Source: Pseudomonadota bacterium (GTDB lineage Bacteria > Pseudomonadota > Alphaproteobacteria > CACIAM-22H2). From it: a stretch of 64,000 nt of DNA. The DNA lies in assembly GCA_041178225.1 (NCBI GenBank), contig JBEGVV010000086.1:472-64471 (forward strand), read 5' to 3'. Below are positions 29,211 to 38,121 of this stretch, one piece after another. Every line of letters starts with the position of its first letter. Position 1 is the stretch's first letter. A program made the position numbers and the translations under genes. A model generated the notes under the pieces. The model searched no databases. It was given only the letters and a program-made list of their open reading frames with translations, and was not told where the DNA came from.

Positions 29211-30992
29211 TCAGCGCACTTCGAAGGCGACGCTGTAGGGATGGATGTCGAGCATCCACTCGTTCATGGCCTGCTCCATCTCCCTCGTCGCCTTGACGAA
29301 CTTCATGAAGTAGATGGGCTCGGCCCGGCTGCGCATGCGCGCGGCGAGCCTGTACTTGCCGGGCTGCGAGAGCACCTGGGCGGGCACGGTGTAGTTCGCC
29401 ACGCGCGTGCCCAGGGGCGGGATGCTGCGCGCCTCCATCCTGATGCCAGGCGGATGGTTGAGTACCGTGGTCGGCACCGACGCGGGCCGGATGAATGGCC
29501 GCTGGTCGACGTCGAAGTTGATCGGCAGGTACATCTCGCGGTCCGTGCCCTTGACGTTCTGCGTCAGGAACTTGGTCTGCAGGTTGACCAGCTGGACGTC
29601 GCGCGGGACGCGCCCGGCGAGCACGTCGAGCGAGTGGATGTCGGCCATGTCGCCGTTCGAATCGACATAGCCGCTTTCCCACACGGTCCGGCCGTCGGGG
29701 GCCACGAGGGCGACGTTCAGCCAGATCTCCGGCTGTGCGCCCAGCGACCCGGACGGCAGGTTGTGGCCGCGATTGGTGTTGGTGATGCGATAGGAGAAGG
29801 AGAGCCCCTGGCCCGCCTTCGGCGCCGAGGCGAAGAACGGCCCGTCGAGCCTCGAGCCATTCTCCATCACCTTGCGGCGGAGCTCGCGCTTCTCCTCGAG
29901 GCGCACGAGGTTCTCCTCGACGATCTCGCGCGCTTCCTCGCGGTCGATGCGATCGCCCCAGGGCTCCGGGAAGCTCTGCTTGATCTCGCCGGACTCGACC
30001 TTGTCCTCGAACTCCGGCTTGCCCCAGCCGGCGCGGTGGTCGAACTTCAGCCAGTCGCGGATGTCGAACTTCGATGCCTTGGTGTTGATCGGGAAGATCC
30101 CGGGATGCGCGATCGGGTAGCCCGGGCCGTAGAAGGCGTGGTTGCTGTGGCGTCGGTTGGGGTTCACGGGCTTGCCGTTGACCACCGCGCTCGGTCCCGT
30201 GTCGTAGCCGTTGGCGACGCCGGGGGTCTTGCCCATGTGGCATTCCTGGCAGGTGGTGCCATCGGACATCGACGGGGAGGCACGGTACTGGTCCCAGACC
30301 ACCTCGAGCTTGATCCCCGGGTGGACGGCGACCTGGTGGCAGGAGACGCAGAACTCGGACTTCGAGATCTGGTCGAGCTTGAAGACGCCGAGATGGATCT
30401 TGTTGCCGCGCTCGCCCGGCCCGGTGGCGACGCGATAGCTGTCCTTCTCGGCGATCACCTCGCCAAGCTTCCCGCCTTCGCCCGAGCCCGTGACCGGCAC
30501 GTGGATGTCGCCCGGCACGACGCTGCGTTCGCCATTGGTCTTCGCGTACTGCTCCGAGATGCGGTGGCACGTGATGCAGGTGACGCCCTCGCGCGCGACC
30601 TCGCTGCGCTCCCATAGCGGACGCCAGCGCTCCTCGCCGCGCTGCGTGCCCACCTGCTGGTGGCAGCGCACGCAGAACCCGCCGATGGTGCCCGAGGACA
30701 GGTCGTTGATCGCCTGCTCGAACTTGTGGAACATCGGCGAGATCGACGCGTAGGCGTGGTTGGACGACGCCCACTCCGCGTAGATCTGGCCGTGGCAGGA
30801 CGCGCATTGCGCGGCGGTCGGATAGGACGTCTCCGCGAGCAGGTCGGCGTGCGGGTCCTTCTCGGTCGCCGTCGCCGAGGTCTCGGGCAGGGGCGCGAGC
30901 GCGCTCCCCACGACGACGCAGAACGCCAGCAGGCCGGCGGTCAGGAGCGAGAGGCCGATCCGCGATCGGCGCCGGAGCCCGTCATCTTGCAT
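29211..30992 (-). CDS. pentaheme c-type cytochrome (5 CxxCH in N-terminal 250 aa + 340-aa haem-free C-terminal domain), secreted
   Basis: CASCH, CVRCH, CITCH, CVSCH, CQECH; signal peptide; start overlaps decaheme gene end by 11 nt. Confidence 0.85.
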   Translation of the reverse strand: MQDDGLRRRSRIGLSLLTAGLLAFCVVVGSALAPLPETSATATEKDPHADLLAETSYPTAAQCASCHGQIYAEWASSNHAYASISPMFHKFEQAINDLSSGTIGGFCVRCHQQVGTQRGEERWRPLWERSEVAREGVTCITCHRISEQYAKTNGERSVVPGDIHVPVTGSGEGGKLGEVIAEKDSYRVATGPGERGNKIHLGVFKLDQISKSEFCVSCHQVAVHPGIKLEVVWDQYRASPSMSDGTTCQECHMGKTPGVANGYDTGPSAVVNGKPVNPNRRHSNHAFYGPGYPIAHPGIFPINTKASKFDIRDWLKFDHRAGWGKPEFEDKVESGEIKQSFPEPWGDRIDREEAREIVEENLVRLEEKRELRRKVMENGSRLDGPFFASAPKAGQGLSFSYRITNTNRGHNLPSGSLGAQPEIWLNVALVAPDGRTVWESGYVDSNGDMADIHSLDVLAGRVPRDVQLVNLQTKFLTQNVKGTDREMYLPINFDVDQRPFIRPASVPTTVLNHPPGIRMEARSIPPLGTRVANYTVPAQVLSQPGKYRLAARMRSRAEPIYFMKFVKATREMEQAMNEWMLDIHPYSVAFEVR

Positions 30993-32520
30993 CTTTCGTC
31001 ATCCGTGGCTTGAGCGCGTGGTTCTGGTGATAGGCGTGGCAGGTCAGGCAGCCATCCGGCGCCTTGCCCTGCTGGTGGCATGACGTGCAGGCCTCGATGC
31101 CGACCGGGACGAAGCCGGACGACGCGGGCTTGTCGCCTTGCAGGTGGCAGGACGCACAGGAACCGGCGCCGGGCATCGCGGCGACATGCGGGCGATGGTC
31201 GAAGCGGTGCAGTTGCCGCTGCGGCGCCGGCGATCGATTCCACGCGATGGTCCGTGGCCCGTCCGCGGGACCGGAGATGGCGTGGCACTTCAGGCACTGG
31301 CCAGGCCCGTCGGCGCCGAGGATCTCCGCGCGCACGGCCTCGAGGCGCTCCGCGTCGTCGTCGTCGGCCGGGCGCGGGCTGGCGGCGATCGCGTCGAGCC
31401 AGGCGCGGACGACCGGGTCGCCATGCGCAGGCCTCGCGTAGCGAAGCTCGAGCCCTTCGGCGCGCCATCCCGGCTGCGTGGCGCCACCGGGGGGCTCGTG
31501 CTCGCGGTTGCTCGCCCAGGCGCAGGCCGCCATCCGCGCGGTCTCGCCGGAGAGGCCGCGCAGGAGCCTCGCGCCGTCCCCGCCGAGGCGGCCGGCCGCG
31601 AGCGCCGCGATCGGCTCCGCGCCTTTGGCGACCATCGCGTCCGCGAGCTTGCGCAGCGGATCGGCATAGGCGGCCTGGTCGTCCGCCGCGGCACCGAGCA
31701 GGAACGCGAGCAGCGCGTTTGCAGGGTCGAGCGACACGGGCGAGGGGTCGGGCGCGTCGCCCGGGGGGCCACATGCCTCCGGCGCCTGCGGCGCTGGCTC
31801 GAGCTCGGGCCAGCGCATCACGACGAGGTCGCGGCGCGCGATGCCCTGGTCGTGGCATCCCGCGCAGGCCGCCTCGTAGCCGAGGGTCGCGACCGCACCG
31901 CCCTGCTTCTGCGGCTGGTGGCAGCCCAGGCATTGGCCGGCGGGGACGAACTCGGCGTTGCGCGGGTCGGCGAAGTGCTTCGAGATGTGCGACGCGTGGT
32001 CGAAGCTCGCCTTGCGGTCGCTAGCGGACGGATACCAGGGCGAGAAGGGCGGGTGGCCCGCCGCGAAGCCATGGAACTGGCGGGCGTGGCAGGACTGGCA
32101 CTGCGCGTCGGGCATGGCGCTGGCCGGCAGGCTCGCGCCGCGATGCTCGGCGTGGCACGCCACGCAGCTGGTCTGCGGCAGGTCCGCCCGCTTCTCGAAG
32201 ACGGCGTTGTGCGCGAGTGACTCGCGCCCGTCGAATCCATGGCAGGTGGTGCACGCGCCGTCGATGGCGTGCGGTCCGCCGGGCCGGAGCGCGGCGAGCG
32301 CCGCCGAGATCCATGCCGTCGCGCCGCGGCCATGCGCGGCATGGCAGGACGAGCAGCCTTCCTCGCCGAGGAAGGCTGCGTGCGACGGGGACAGGGGGCC
32401 AGCGTCGAGCGAGGAGGGAAGCCGCGCGTCGCGCGCGAAGCCGCCGGCGAGGATCACGACGAGCGCGAGGACGAGTGCCGCCGCAGCGAGCGCGATCCGG
32501 CCCCGGAGTTGCGCGTGCAT
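30982..32520 (-). CDS. decaheme c-type cytochrome (6 + 4 haems separated by ~185-aa haem-free insert), N-terminal signal/anchor
   Basis: Met at aa 341 of track ORF 30982..33540 followed by TM (IALAAAALVLALVVILAGG); CSSCH, CTTCH, CVACH, CQSCH, CLGCH, CAGCH ... CLKCH, CASCH, CTSCH, CLTCH; 512 aa. Confidence 0.8.
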   Translation of the reverse strand: MHAQLRGRIALAAAALVLALVVILAGGFARDARLPSSLDAGPLSPSHAAFLGEEGCSSCHAAHGRGATAWISAALAALRPGGPHAIDGACTTCHGFDGRESLAHNAVFEKRADLPQTSCVACHAEHRGASLPASAMPDAQCQSCHARQFHGFAAGHPPFSPWYPSASDRKASFDHASHISKHFADPRNAEFVPAGQCLGCHQPQKQGGAVATLGYEAACAGCHDQGIARRDLVVMRWPELEPAPQAPEACGPPGDAPDPSPVSLDPANALLAFLLGAAADDQAAYADPLRKLADAMVAKGAEPIAALAAGRLGGDGARLLRGLSGETARMAACAWASNREHEPPGGATQPGWRAEGLELRYARPAHGDPVVRAWLDAIAASPRPADDDDAERLEAVRAEILGADGPGQCLKCHAISGPADGPRTIAWNRSPAPQRQLHRFDHRPHVAAMPGAGSCASCHLQGDKPASSGFVPVGIEACTSCHQQGKAPDGCLTCHAYHQNHALKPRMTKDAR

Positions 32521-32681
32521 GCGGCGAGGGGCGCAGGGCGCATCGCCATGCGGGCATGTCCCGTCGGCCCGCGGCCCTCGTTCGCATGGGCGCCCCCACG
32601 CCACGGCGCGCCCGCAACGCCAGCCGAGGGGCGGCCGCTCGTAGCGGCTGCGGTCGTGGCGGAACTGGTCGCGCGAGCCGG

Positions 32682-33497
32682 TCATCCTGCGTACACGTGG
32701 ACGATGAGGGTGTGCCATGCCGCCATCACGAGGAAGGCGGTCGCCGCGGGCACGTGCACGAAGGTCCATGCGCGCAGCAGCGTCTGGAGCGCGTATTGCG
32801 CGTCCACGGCGCGCTTGTGCCGACAGATCTCGGCCAGCGCGTCGAGGTGCGGCCGCTCGTCGGCGGCGAGGAGCCTTTCGACCGCGGCGAGCCTCTGCCT
32901 TTCCCACGCCTCGGCGCCATGGCCACCAAGGACATGGCTGAGCGCGAAGCGCGGCCGCTCGAAATACCAGGCAAGGGTCTGCGCGTAGTAGGAACCCAGC
33001 GTCTCGTGGCCGGCCGCCCCGGCGGCCTCGACCAGCGCGTTCTCGGCCGCGGCGCGGAGCCTCGCCACCTCGCCGGGGATGCGCTCGTAGATCAGTTCCG
33101 GCCCGCTTCGCGCGAGGCGCGCGGGCAGGATCGCCTGCAGCACGTGCCCGGCGATCCCGGAGGCGACGACCGCGAGGAAGAGCACCGCGAGCGCGCGGTC
33201 GGCCGCGCCCGCCGGCCATGCGGTCCCGACATGGATGGCGTAGGCGCCGATCGCCGCGACGCCGACGATGACATGCACCGAGAGCCAGGCCGAGGCCCGG
33301 CCGAGGGGAAGCATGGGCAGGCGCCTGCGCACGCCGTAGATGGCGAGGGCTGCGACCATCGCCGCGAGGATCCAGCCCGTGGCGAAGTCGGGGTCGATGG
33401 TCGATGCGCGCCGCGTCGCGCGCCACGCCCCGAGCGCCGCGATCCCCGCCGCGGCGAGGATCCAGAGGCCAGCCGCGCGCCTCGACATCGCCCTCAT
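32682..33497 (-). CDS. integral membrane protein, 5 TM with conserved intramembrane His (possible di-haem cytochrome-b-type quinol-interacting anchor)
   Basis: 271 aa from MRAMSRRAAG; His in TM3 (SVHVIVGVAAIGAYAIHV), TM4 (GIAGHVL), TM5 (WHTLIVHV); ATGA overlap with upstream FeS gene; GGGGAG RBS. Confidence 0.6.
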   Translation of the reverse strand: MRAMSRRAAGLWILAAAGIAALGAWRATRRASTIDPDFATGWILAAMVAALAIYGVRRRLPMLPLGRASAWLSVHVIVGVAAIGAYAIHVGTAWPAGAADRALAVLFLAVVASGIAGHVLQAILPARLARSGPELIYERIPGEVARLRAAAENALVEAAGAAGHETLGSYYAQTLAWYFERPRFALSHVLGGHGAEAWERQRLAAVERLLAADERPHLDALAEICRHKRAVDAQYALQTLLRAWTFVHVPAATAFLVMAAWHTLIVHVYAG

Positions 33498-35182
33498 CGT
33501 CCCGCGCTCCCCGTGCCATGCACGAGCAGGTCCTTGCCACCGGTACGGCGCAACGCGTCCTGCGGGCAGGCGCGCACGCAGGCGGGGCCGCCCGGTTGCC
33601 CGACGCAGAGGTCGCACTTCGTCGCCTTGCGCACGGGCTTCCCCGCCTCGTCGACGACCGGCGCGCCCGACATGTCCGATATCTCGACCAGCCGGATGTT
33701 GTCGTAGGGGCAGGATGCGGCGCAGGTGCCGCACCCGATGCAGGTGTCGTCGTTGATCACGACGACGCCGCCGACCTCGTGGCGATGGATCGCGCCCGTC
33801 GGGCACCCGATCATGCAGACCGGGTCCTGGCAGTGCATGCAGGCATTCGCGACCATCCAGTGGTCGGAGACCGGTCCATGCCTCACGAAGCGCGGGTTGC
33901 CGTCATGCGTCGAGGCGCAGGCCCGCACGCAGTCGTCGCAGCGCACGCAGCGATCGAGGTCGATCAGCATCGTCTGCGTGCCGTTGATCCAGCGCTCGTC
34001 GACCATCCAGTCGACCAGCCCGTCCTCCTCGATGCGCCTTTCGGTCGCCAGCGCCGCTGGCGCGTCGCGCAGCCCCGGGAACACGTGCTTCTCGAGCACA
34101 TGGGCGGGGACGCGGAGCACGTCGACATGGCCGAGGGCGGCGAGGCTCTGCGACAGCCGGACCTCGCCGCCGCTCTTCCACGCCGCGTAGGTCTCGGCGA
34201 GGCCGAACTGGTCGCCGACGCCGAGATAGCTCACCGTGCGCCTGCCGCCGCCGACCGCGTGCGACAGCCTCGCGAAGCCGGAACGGACGAGGTAGATGCC
34301 GTCCGGCCGGCTGCCTTCCGCCGCGATGATCGGCTCGTCCGCCGCGTTCTCCTGGCCCGCGCCCTTGCTGCGCTTGAGCGCCACGTGCCAGTCGGCGTCG
34401 CCGTAGGTCTTGAACTTCACCTTCCCGGCGATCGCGGCCAGCGTCTCCGCGTCGAGGGAGGCGAAGAGCGGATGCGCCTGGAGATGGTTGAGCAGCGCGT
34501 TGCGGCGATAGTTCTCGTCGATCCGCCGCTTCCAGCCCGGGTCGAAGCGCCGGAGCTCCCGCAGCCCCTGCCAGCGTATCTCGAGCAGGCGCGCGCCGCC
34601 CTCCGCGAACACCGTGGCCGAGCGTGGCACGCGCCCGAGCGCGGCGAGCTCGCCGAATATGTCGCCCGCCTGGAGCGTGACGGTGCGGTTCCTGTCGAGG
34701 ACGCGCGGTATGTCCTGCAGGAACATGAAGGAGCGCGCGGCGTCCTCCGGCTTCAGTCGCGCGGCACGGCCGTCGAGGTCGCGCGCCTCGGGATGGGCCG
34801 GGCGGTTCCATGCGCGGGCGATGGTCTCGAGGATCCCCCGCGTCCGGGGCGCCTGGCGCCCGAGTTCCTCCCGCGGCAACCCCGGCGGCAGGACGACGCG
34901 CAGCGTGCCGTCGAGCACCAGGAAGGCAGAGTTGCCGTAGTCGCCCTCGCGGACCGCGATCGCGCCCGGGTCGAGGGAAACGATGCGCGCGTCGTTGCGG
35001 AGTATGCCGCGCAGCGGGATGCCGGGAGGGAAGTCCTCCGCCCGGATGGCGGCGATCTCCGGCCGCTCCATCAGGGCGTCCACGTCCGCGTCGGACATGT
35101 CCGCCCCGAATGGCACGTCCCACCGCGCGAGGCGACCTACGACCGTCGTTGGCCCGCCCGCGGACCTGCTTCCGGCGTTCAC
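33494..35182 (-). CDS. fusion protein: two cyclic-nucleotide-binding domains + NrfC/PsrB/DmsB-type four-[4Fe-4S] ferredoxin domain
   Basis: PBC FGELAALGRVPRSATVFA (canonical) and FGLAETY... (degenerate); CVRCDDCVRAC, CMHCQDPVCMIGCP, CIGCGTCAASCP, CDLCVGQPGGPACVRACP; GTG start at 35182 (alt ATG 35098). Confidence 0.82.
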   Translation of the reverse strand: MNAGSRSAGGPTTVVGRLARWDVPFGADMSDADVDALMERPEIAAIRAEDFPPGIPLRGILRNDARIVSLDPGAIAVREGDYGNSAFLVLDGTLRVVLPPGLPREELGRQAPRTRGILETIARAWNRPAHPEARDLDGRAARLKPEDAARSFMFLQDIPRVLDRNRTVTLQAGDIFGELAALGRVPRSATVFAEGGARLLEIRWQGLRELRRFDPGWKRRIDENYRRNALLNHLQAHPLFASLDAETLAAIAGKVKFKTYGDADWHVALKRSKGAGQENAADEPIIAAEGSRPDGIYLVRSGFARLSHAVGGGRRTVSYLGVGDQFGLAETYAAWKSGGEVRLSQSLAALGHVDVLRVPAHVLEKHVFPGLRDAPAALATERRIEEDGLVDWMVDERWINGTQTMLIDLDRCVRCDDCVRACASTHDGNPRFVRHGPVSDHWMVANACMHCQDPVCMIGCPTGAIHRHEVGGVVVINDDTCIGCGTCAASCPYDNIRLVEISDMSGAPVVDEAGKPVRKATKCDLCVGQPGGPACVRACPQDALRRTGGKDLLVHGTGSAGR

Positions 35183-35186
35183 CGCG

Positions 35187-36143
35187 TCACTTGTAGGTCG
35201 AGGGTGCCGGCAGCTTCGGGCCGACCTGGGCCGAGAGGTCCTTGCTGGCCAGCGCGTCGACGAACTTCTTCGCGTTGTCCTCGGTCGGACGGGCGAGCAG
35301 CGCGGCCGCCTCGGGGACCTGGCCCTTGACGCCGTCGATGGCGGCGCGGGCGGCGGACTTTATCTGGTCGAGCGTCTGCTGGAATTTCGGGTTCGTGGAC
35401 TTGCCCGTGGCCGCCGACGTCTGGACGAACGCGGCCGCGTGGCCCGTCAGGAACACGCGCGAAAGCTCCGCGACGCTCATCTGCGCGTTCTTCGTGACGT
35501 CGGGCGGGTAGAACCGATGCCGTACCGTGCCCTGCGAGTAGCGCACGAGCTCGAAGCTGGAGCCCGCCGGATGGCCGGCCGCCACCATCTTGGCGATCGT
35601 CTCCGCAGGCACGTCCGCGCGGCCCATGCCATGGCAGCTCAGGCAATTCTCCGCGACGTCGTAGAGGTTGGACGGCCAGATCATGCCCGCGGCCGCCGAC
35701 TTGCGGATCCGATCGGCCTTGTGGGTCGGGGACTCGGTCTCGCGCTTGGCTCCCGCGCCGTAGTCGTTGTGCATCGTCAGCCATGCCGACGCCTTGCCGT
35801 GGCAGCTCTCGCAGGACGGGCCCGACGTCGCGCTGGGCGCTGCCGAGGCGCTCGCCTGCGTGCTCGAGAAATGGCAGGCCGTGCAGACCTCGTTGCGCCT
35901 CATGTTCGTGTTGCCGCCGACCGCGGCGATGATGTCCTTCACCTCCGGCTTGCGGTGGATGTCCTTGAAGGAGGTCGCGTGCTTCGACGCTTCCCAGACG
36001 GCCGTCTCCGCCTTGTGGCAGTCGGCGCATTTCTGCGCCCCGACCATGAAGTGCTGGGCGCCGGCGACGGTGGCGACGAGGCTCGCGAGCCCGATGCCGG
36101 CGGCCAAGGCGGCACGCCTGAAGAAGTCGAACGCTACCATCAT
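35187..36143 (-). CDS. tetraheme c-type cytochrome, signal peptide
   Basis: CADCH, CTACH, CESCH, CLSCH; MMVAFDFFRRAALAAGIGLASLVATVAGA signal; GGGGGA RBS; first gene of operon. Confidence 0.85.
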   Translation of the reverse strand: MMVAFDFFRRAALAAGIGLASLVATVAGAQHFMVGAQKCADCHKAETAVWEASKHATSFKDIHRKPEVKDIIAAVGGNTNMRRNEVCTACHFSSTQASASAAPSATSGPSCESCHGKASAWLTMHNDYGAGAKRETESPTHKADRIRKSAAAGMIWPSNLYDVAENCLSCHGMGRADVPAETIAKMVAAGHPAGSSFELVRYSQGTVRHRFYPPDVTKNAQMSVAELSRVFLTGHAAAFVQTSAATGKSTNPKFQQTLDQIKSAARAAIDGVKGQVPEAAALLARPTEDNAKKFVDALASKDLSAQVGPKLPAPSTYK

Positions 36144-36239
36144 GTCCCCCGCTGGCCATTCACGGCAGGGCCCGCGCCCCGCCGATGAACCCGAATCCCC
36201 CGGACGGTAATCGCAGGCCGGCCCGGAACTCGCCGGTCA

Positions 36240-36782
36240 TCACGTCCGAACCGGTTCCATTGGCAGCGCTTGCGCGAAAGGAAGGCGCAGGGCGTCGCGT
36301 CCGGGCCTCGCGAAGGGGGTGCTGGCGCGGGGGCGCGCGGCGAGCCCGAGGTCCCAGCTGGCGCCGGCGTCCGGCCCGCCGACATCGCCGTCGCTCGCAA
36401 GGATCCTCGCGCAGGTCGATTCGGCGAGGACCTGGAGGAAATGCCGTCCGCGCACCCCCGCGCCGACGCGGCTTGCCCATAGGTTTATCTCGAGGCGTCG
36501 GGATGCAGCGGGGCGAAGGCCGCGCGCGACCTCCGCGTCGATGGCCGGCGCATCCGTGATGCAGAGTTCGCCTGGCGCGCCGATCCCGACGAGGTGCAGC
36601 GCCTCCAGGGCGTCGATCGCGAGCGCGGCGGCTATCGGCGGAAGCGGGTCCGCTTCGCCTTCGAGCAGGCGTAGCTCCACCTCGGGGCTGAGGCAGGCGA
36701 GCAATTCGCCGAGCCTCGGCAACGCGCGCGACGCGATGAGCAGTTCGCCGGGCATCGGAAGGCGGGCGATCGACGCATGCAT
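36240..36782 (-). CDS. hypothetical protein
   Basis: track ORF directly upstream (same strand) of cytochrome operon; GC3 ~80%; no recognisable motif. Confidence 0.35.
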   Translation of the reverse strand: MHASIARLPMPGELLIASRALPRLGELLACLSPEVELRLLEGEADPLPPIAAALAIDALEALHLVGIGAPGELCITDAPAIDAEVARGLRPAASRRLEINLWASRVGAGVRGRHFLQVLAESTCARILASDGDVGGPDAGASWDLGLAARPRASTPFARPGRDALRLPFAQALPMEPVRT

Positions 36783-36858
36783 GCGACCGATGTCCCATCC
36801 TCCGCGGCCCTCCGCGCGTAGCGAATGGTCCGCAGCGGATCGATGCGGCGATGCGCGA

Positions 36859-37416
36859 TCAGGCTGCGGGCGGGAGCAGGCTGCGTGGCCGCGCCGGCGC
36901 GGACTGGGCCGTGGACGCGTTCGCGCTTCGCTCCGGGGCGGCCGGGGATTCGGCAGGCGGCGGTATCAGGCGAAGCGGCGCGGGAGGCCGCGCCTGCGCC
37001 TGCGCCTGCGGCGTCTCCGCCGGGATGGCGGGGCCCGGCGGCGCCGCTCCGTCGGGCACGATCGCCGCGATCGCCTGCTCGACGATCGTCTTGCCCGTCG
37101 CCTCCTCCACCACGCTGTCCGCGACGGCCGCGACGAGGCCGATCGGGCCGGCGAGCAGGGTCGCGACGAATATCCGCATCGCCGGTATGGGCCTTTCCCC
37201 GGTCGCCGAGGAATAGATGCCGCCAACGACGGGGACGTACATCAGCGGGTTGAGGGACGACACGAGCGACTGGAAATCCAGCCGTGCGCCGGCTGGCCGG
37301 TTCTGGCCCGCGCGGGGAAGCGGCGGGGATGCGTCGATCCGCGATGTAGGCAGCGCCACGTCCTCGCCTCGATCCGGTTTCAAGCCCGCCTGGGGGCCGG
37401 GAGCGAACCGCAGCAA
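36859..37416 (-). CDS. hypothetical membrane protein (one TM, Pro/Ala-rich C-terminus); true start probably internal
   Basis: TM MRIFVATLLAGPIGLVAAVADSVV; track ORF. Confidence 0.35.
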   Translation of the reverse strand: MLRFAPGPQAGLKPDRGEDVALPTSRIDASPPLPRAGQNRPAGARLDFQSLVSSLNPLMYVPVVGGIYSSATGERPIPAMRIFVATLLAGPIGLVAAVADSVVEEATGKTIVEQAIAAIVPDGAAPPGPAIPAETPQAQAQARPPAPLRLIPPPAESPAAPERSANASTAQSAPARPRSLLPPAA

Positions 37417-37452
37417 GCTTCGTGCCAGCGTCGAACGCCAAGATCCTGTCTG

Positions 37453-38106
37453 TCAGCGCGGCGGTGGCGCCTTCCGCAATTCTATCTCGCGCACCGTGCC
37501 GGCCGCGTCGAGGACCAGGAATTCGGCATCCCTGGCCTGTTCTGGTGCAAGCTTGTCGACGTCCGGCGGGAAGCAGCGGCGGAACGCCATCGTTCCCTCG
37601 TCGGCGCGGCCCTCCACGCAGACCTCCGGCATCTCAAGCGACAGGGCGGTCGGATTGGCCACGCGATAGGCAACGAGGATCGCTCCCCCCTCGGCCTGCC
37701 GCCAGCTGGTGATCGCCGCCGATATCTCGGATGGCTTCACGCTGGCGCCCAGCGTCACGAAGACGCCACGCGTGGAAGGCATCCAGACGGCCAGGTGGTG
37801 CCGCGCGGCGAAGGCGCCGCCGGCAAGGCCACCGAGCAGGATGGCGAGCACCGCGAGCGCGAGGGCGACGCGCGCGAGCCTGCGGGCGTCGATGCCGCGG
37901 CGGCGTGGCTTCGGCTCGCTCTCCCCGGCCTGGTCCGCGGCGGGCCCGGGCGGAGGCACCTCGACATCCTTCGGCACCGCGTCCGGCATGACCCGCCAGA
38001 TCGCCGCGCAGCGGCCGCAGGAGAGAAGCCGCCCTCCGGGTGGAACCGGGATTCCCGCCGGCAGCGTCGTCGCCGCCGAGCAGTCGGGGCAGGCGAACGA
38101 GGGCAA
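37453..38106 (-). CDS. zinc-ribbon (MJ0042-type CxxC...CxxC) + TM + DUF3426-like protein
   Basis: MPSFACPDCSAATTLPAGIPVPPGGRLLSCGRCAAIW; TM LARVALALAVLAILLGGLAGGAFA; 217 aa. Confidence 0.6.
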   Translation of the reverse strand: MPSFACPDCSAATTLPAGIPVPPGGRLLSCGRCAAIWRVMPDAVPKDVEVPPPGPAADQAGESEPKPRRRGIDARRLARVALALAVLAILLGGLAGGAFAARHHLAVWMPSTRGVFVTLGASVKPSEISAAITSWRQAEGGAILVAYRVANPTALSLEMPEVCVEGRADEGTMAFRRCFPPDVDKLAPEQARDAEFLVLDAAGTVREIELRKAPPPR

Positions 38107-38121
38107 GGGAGCGCCCCCGCG

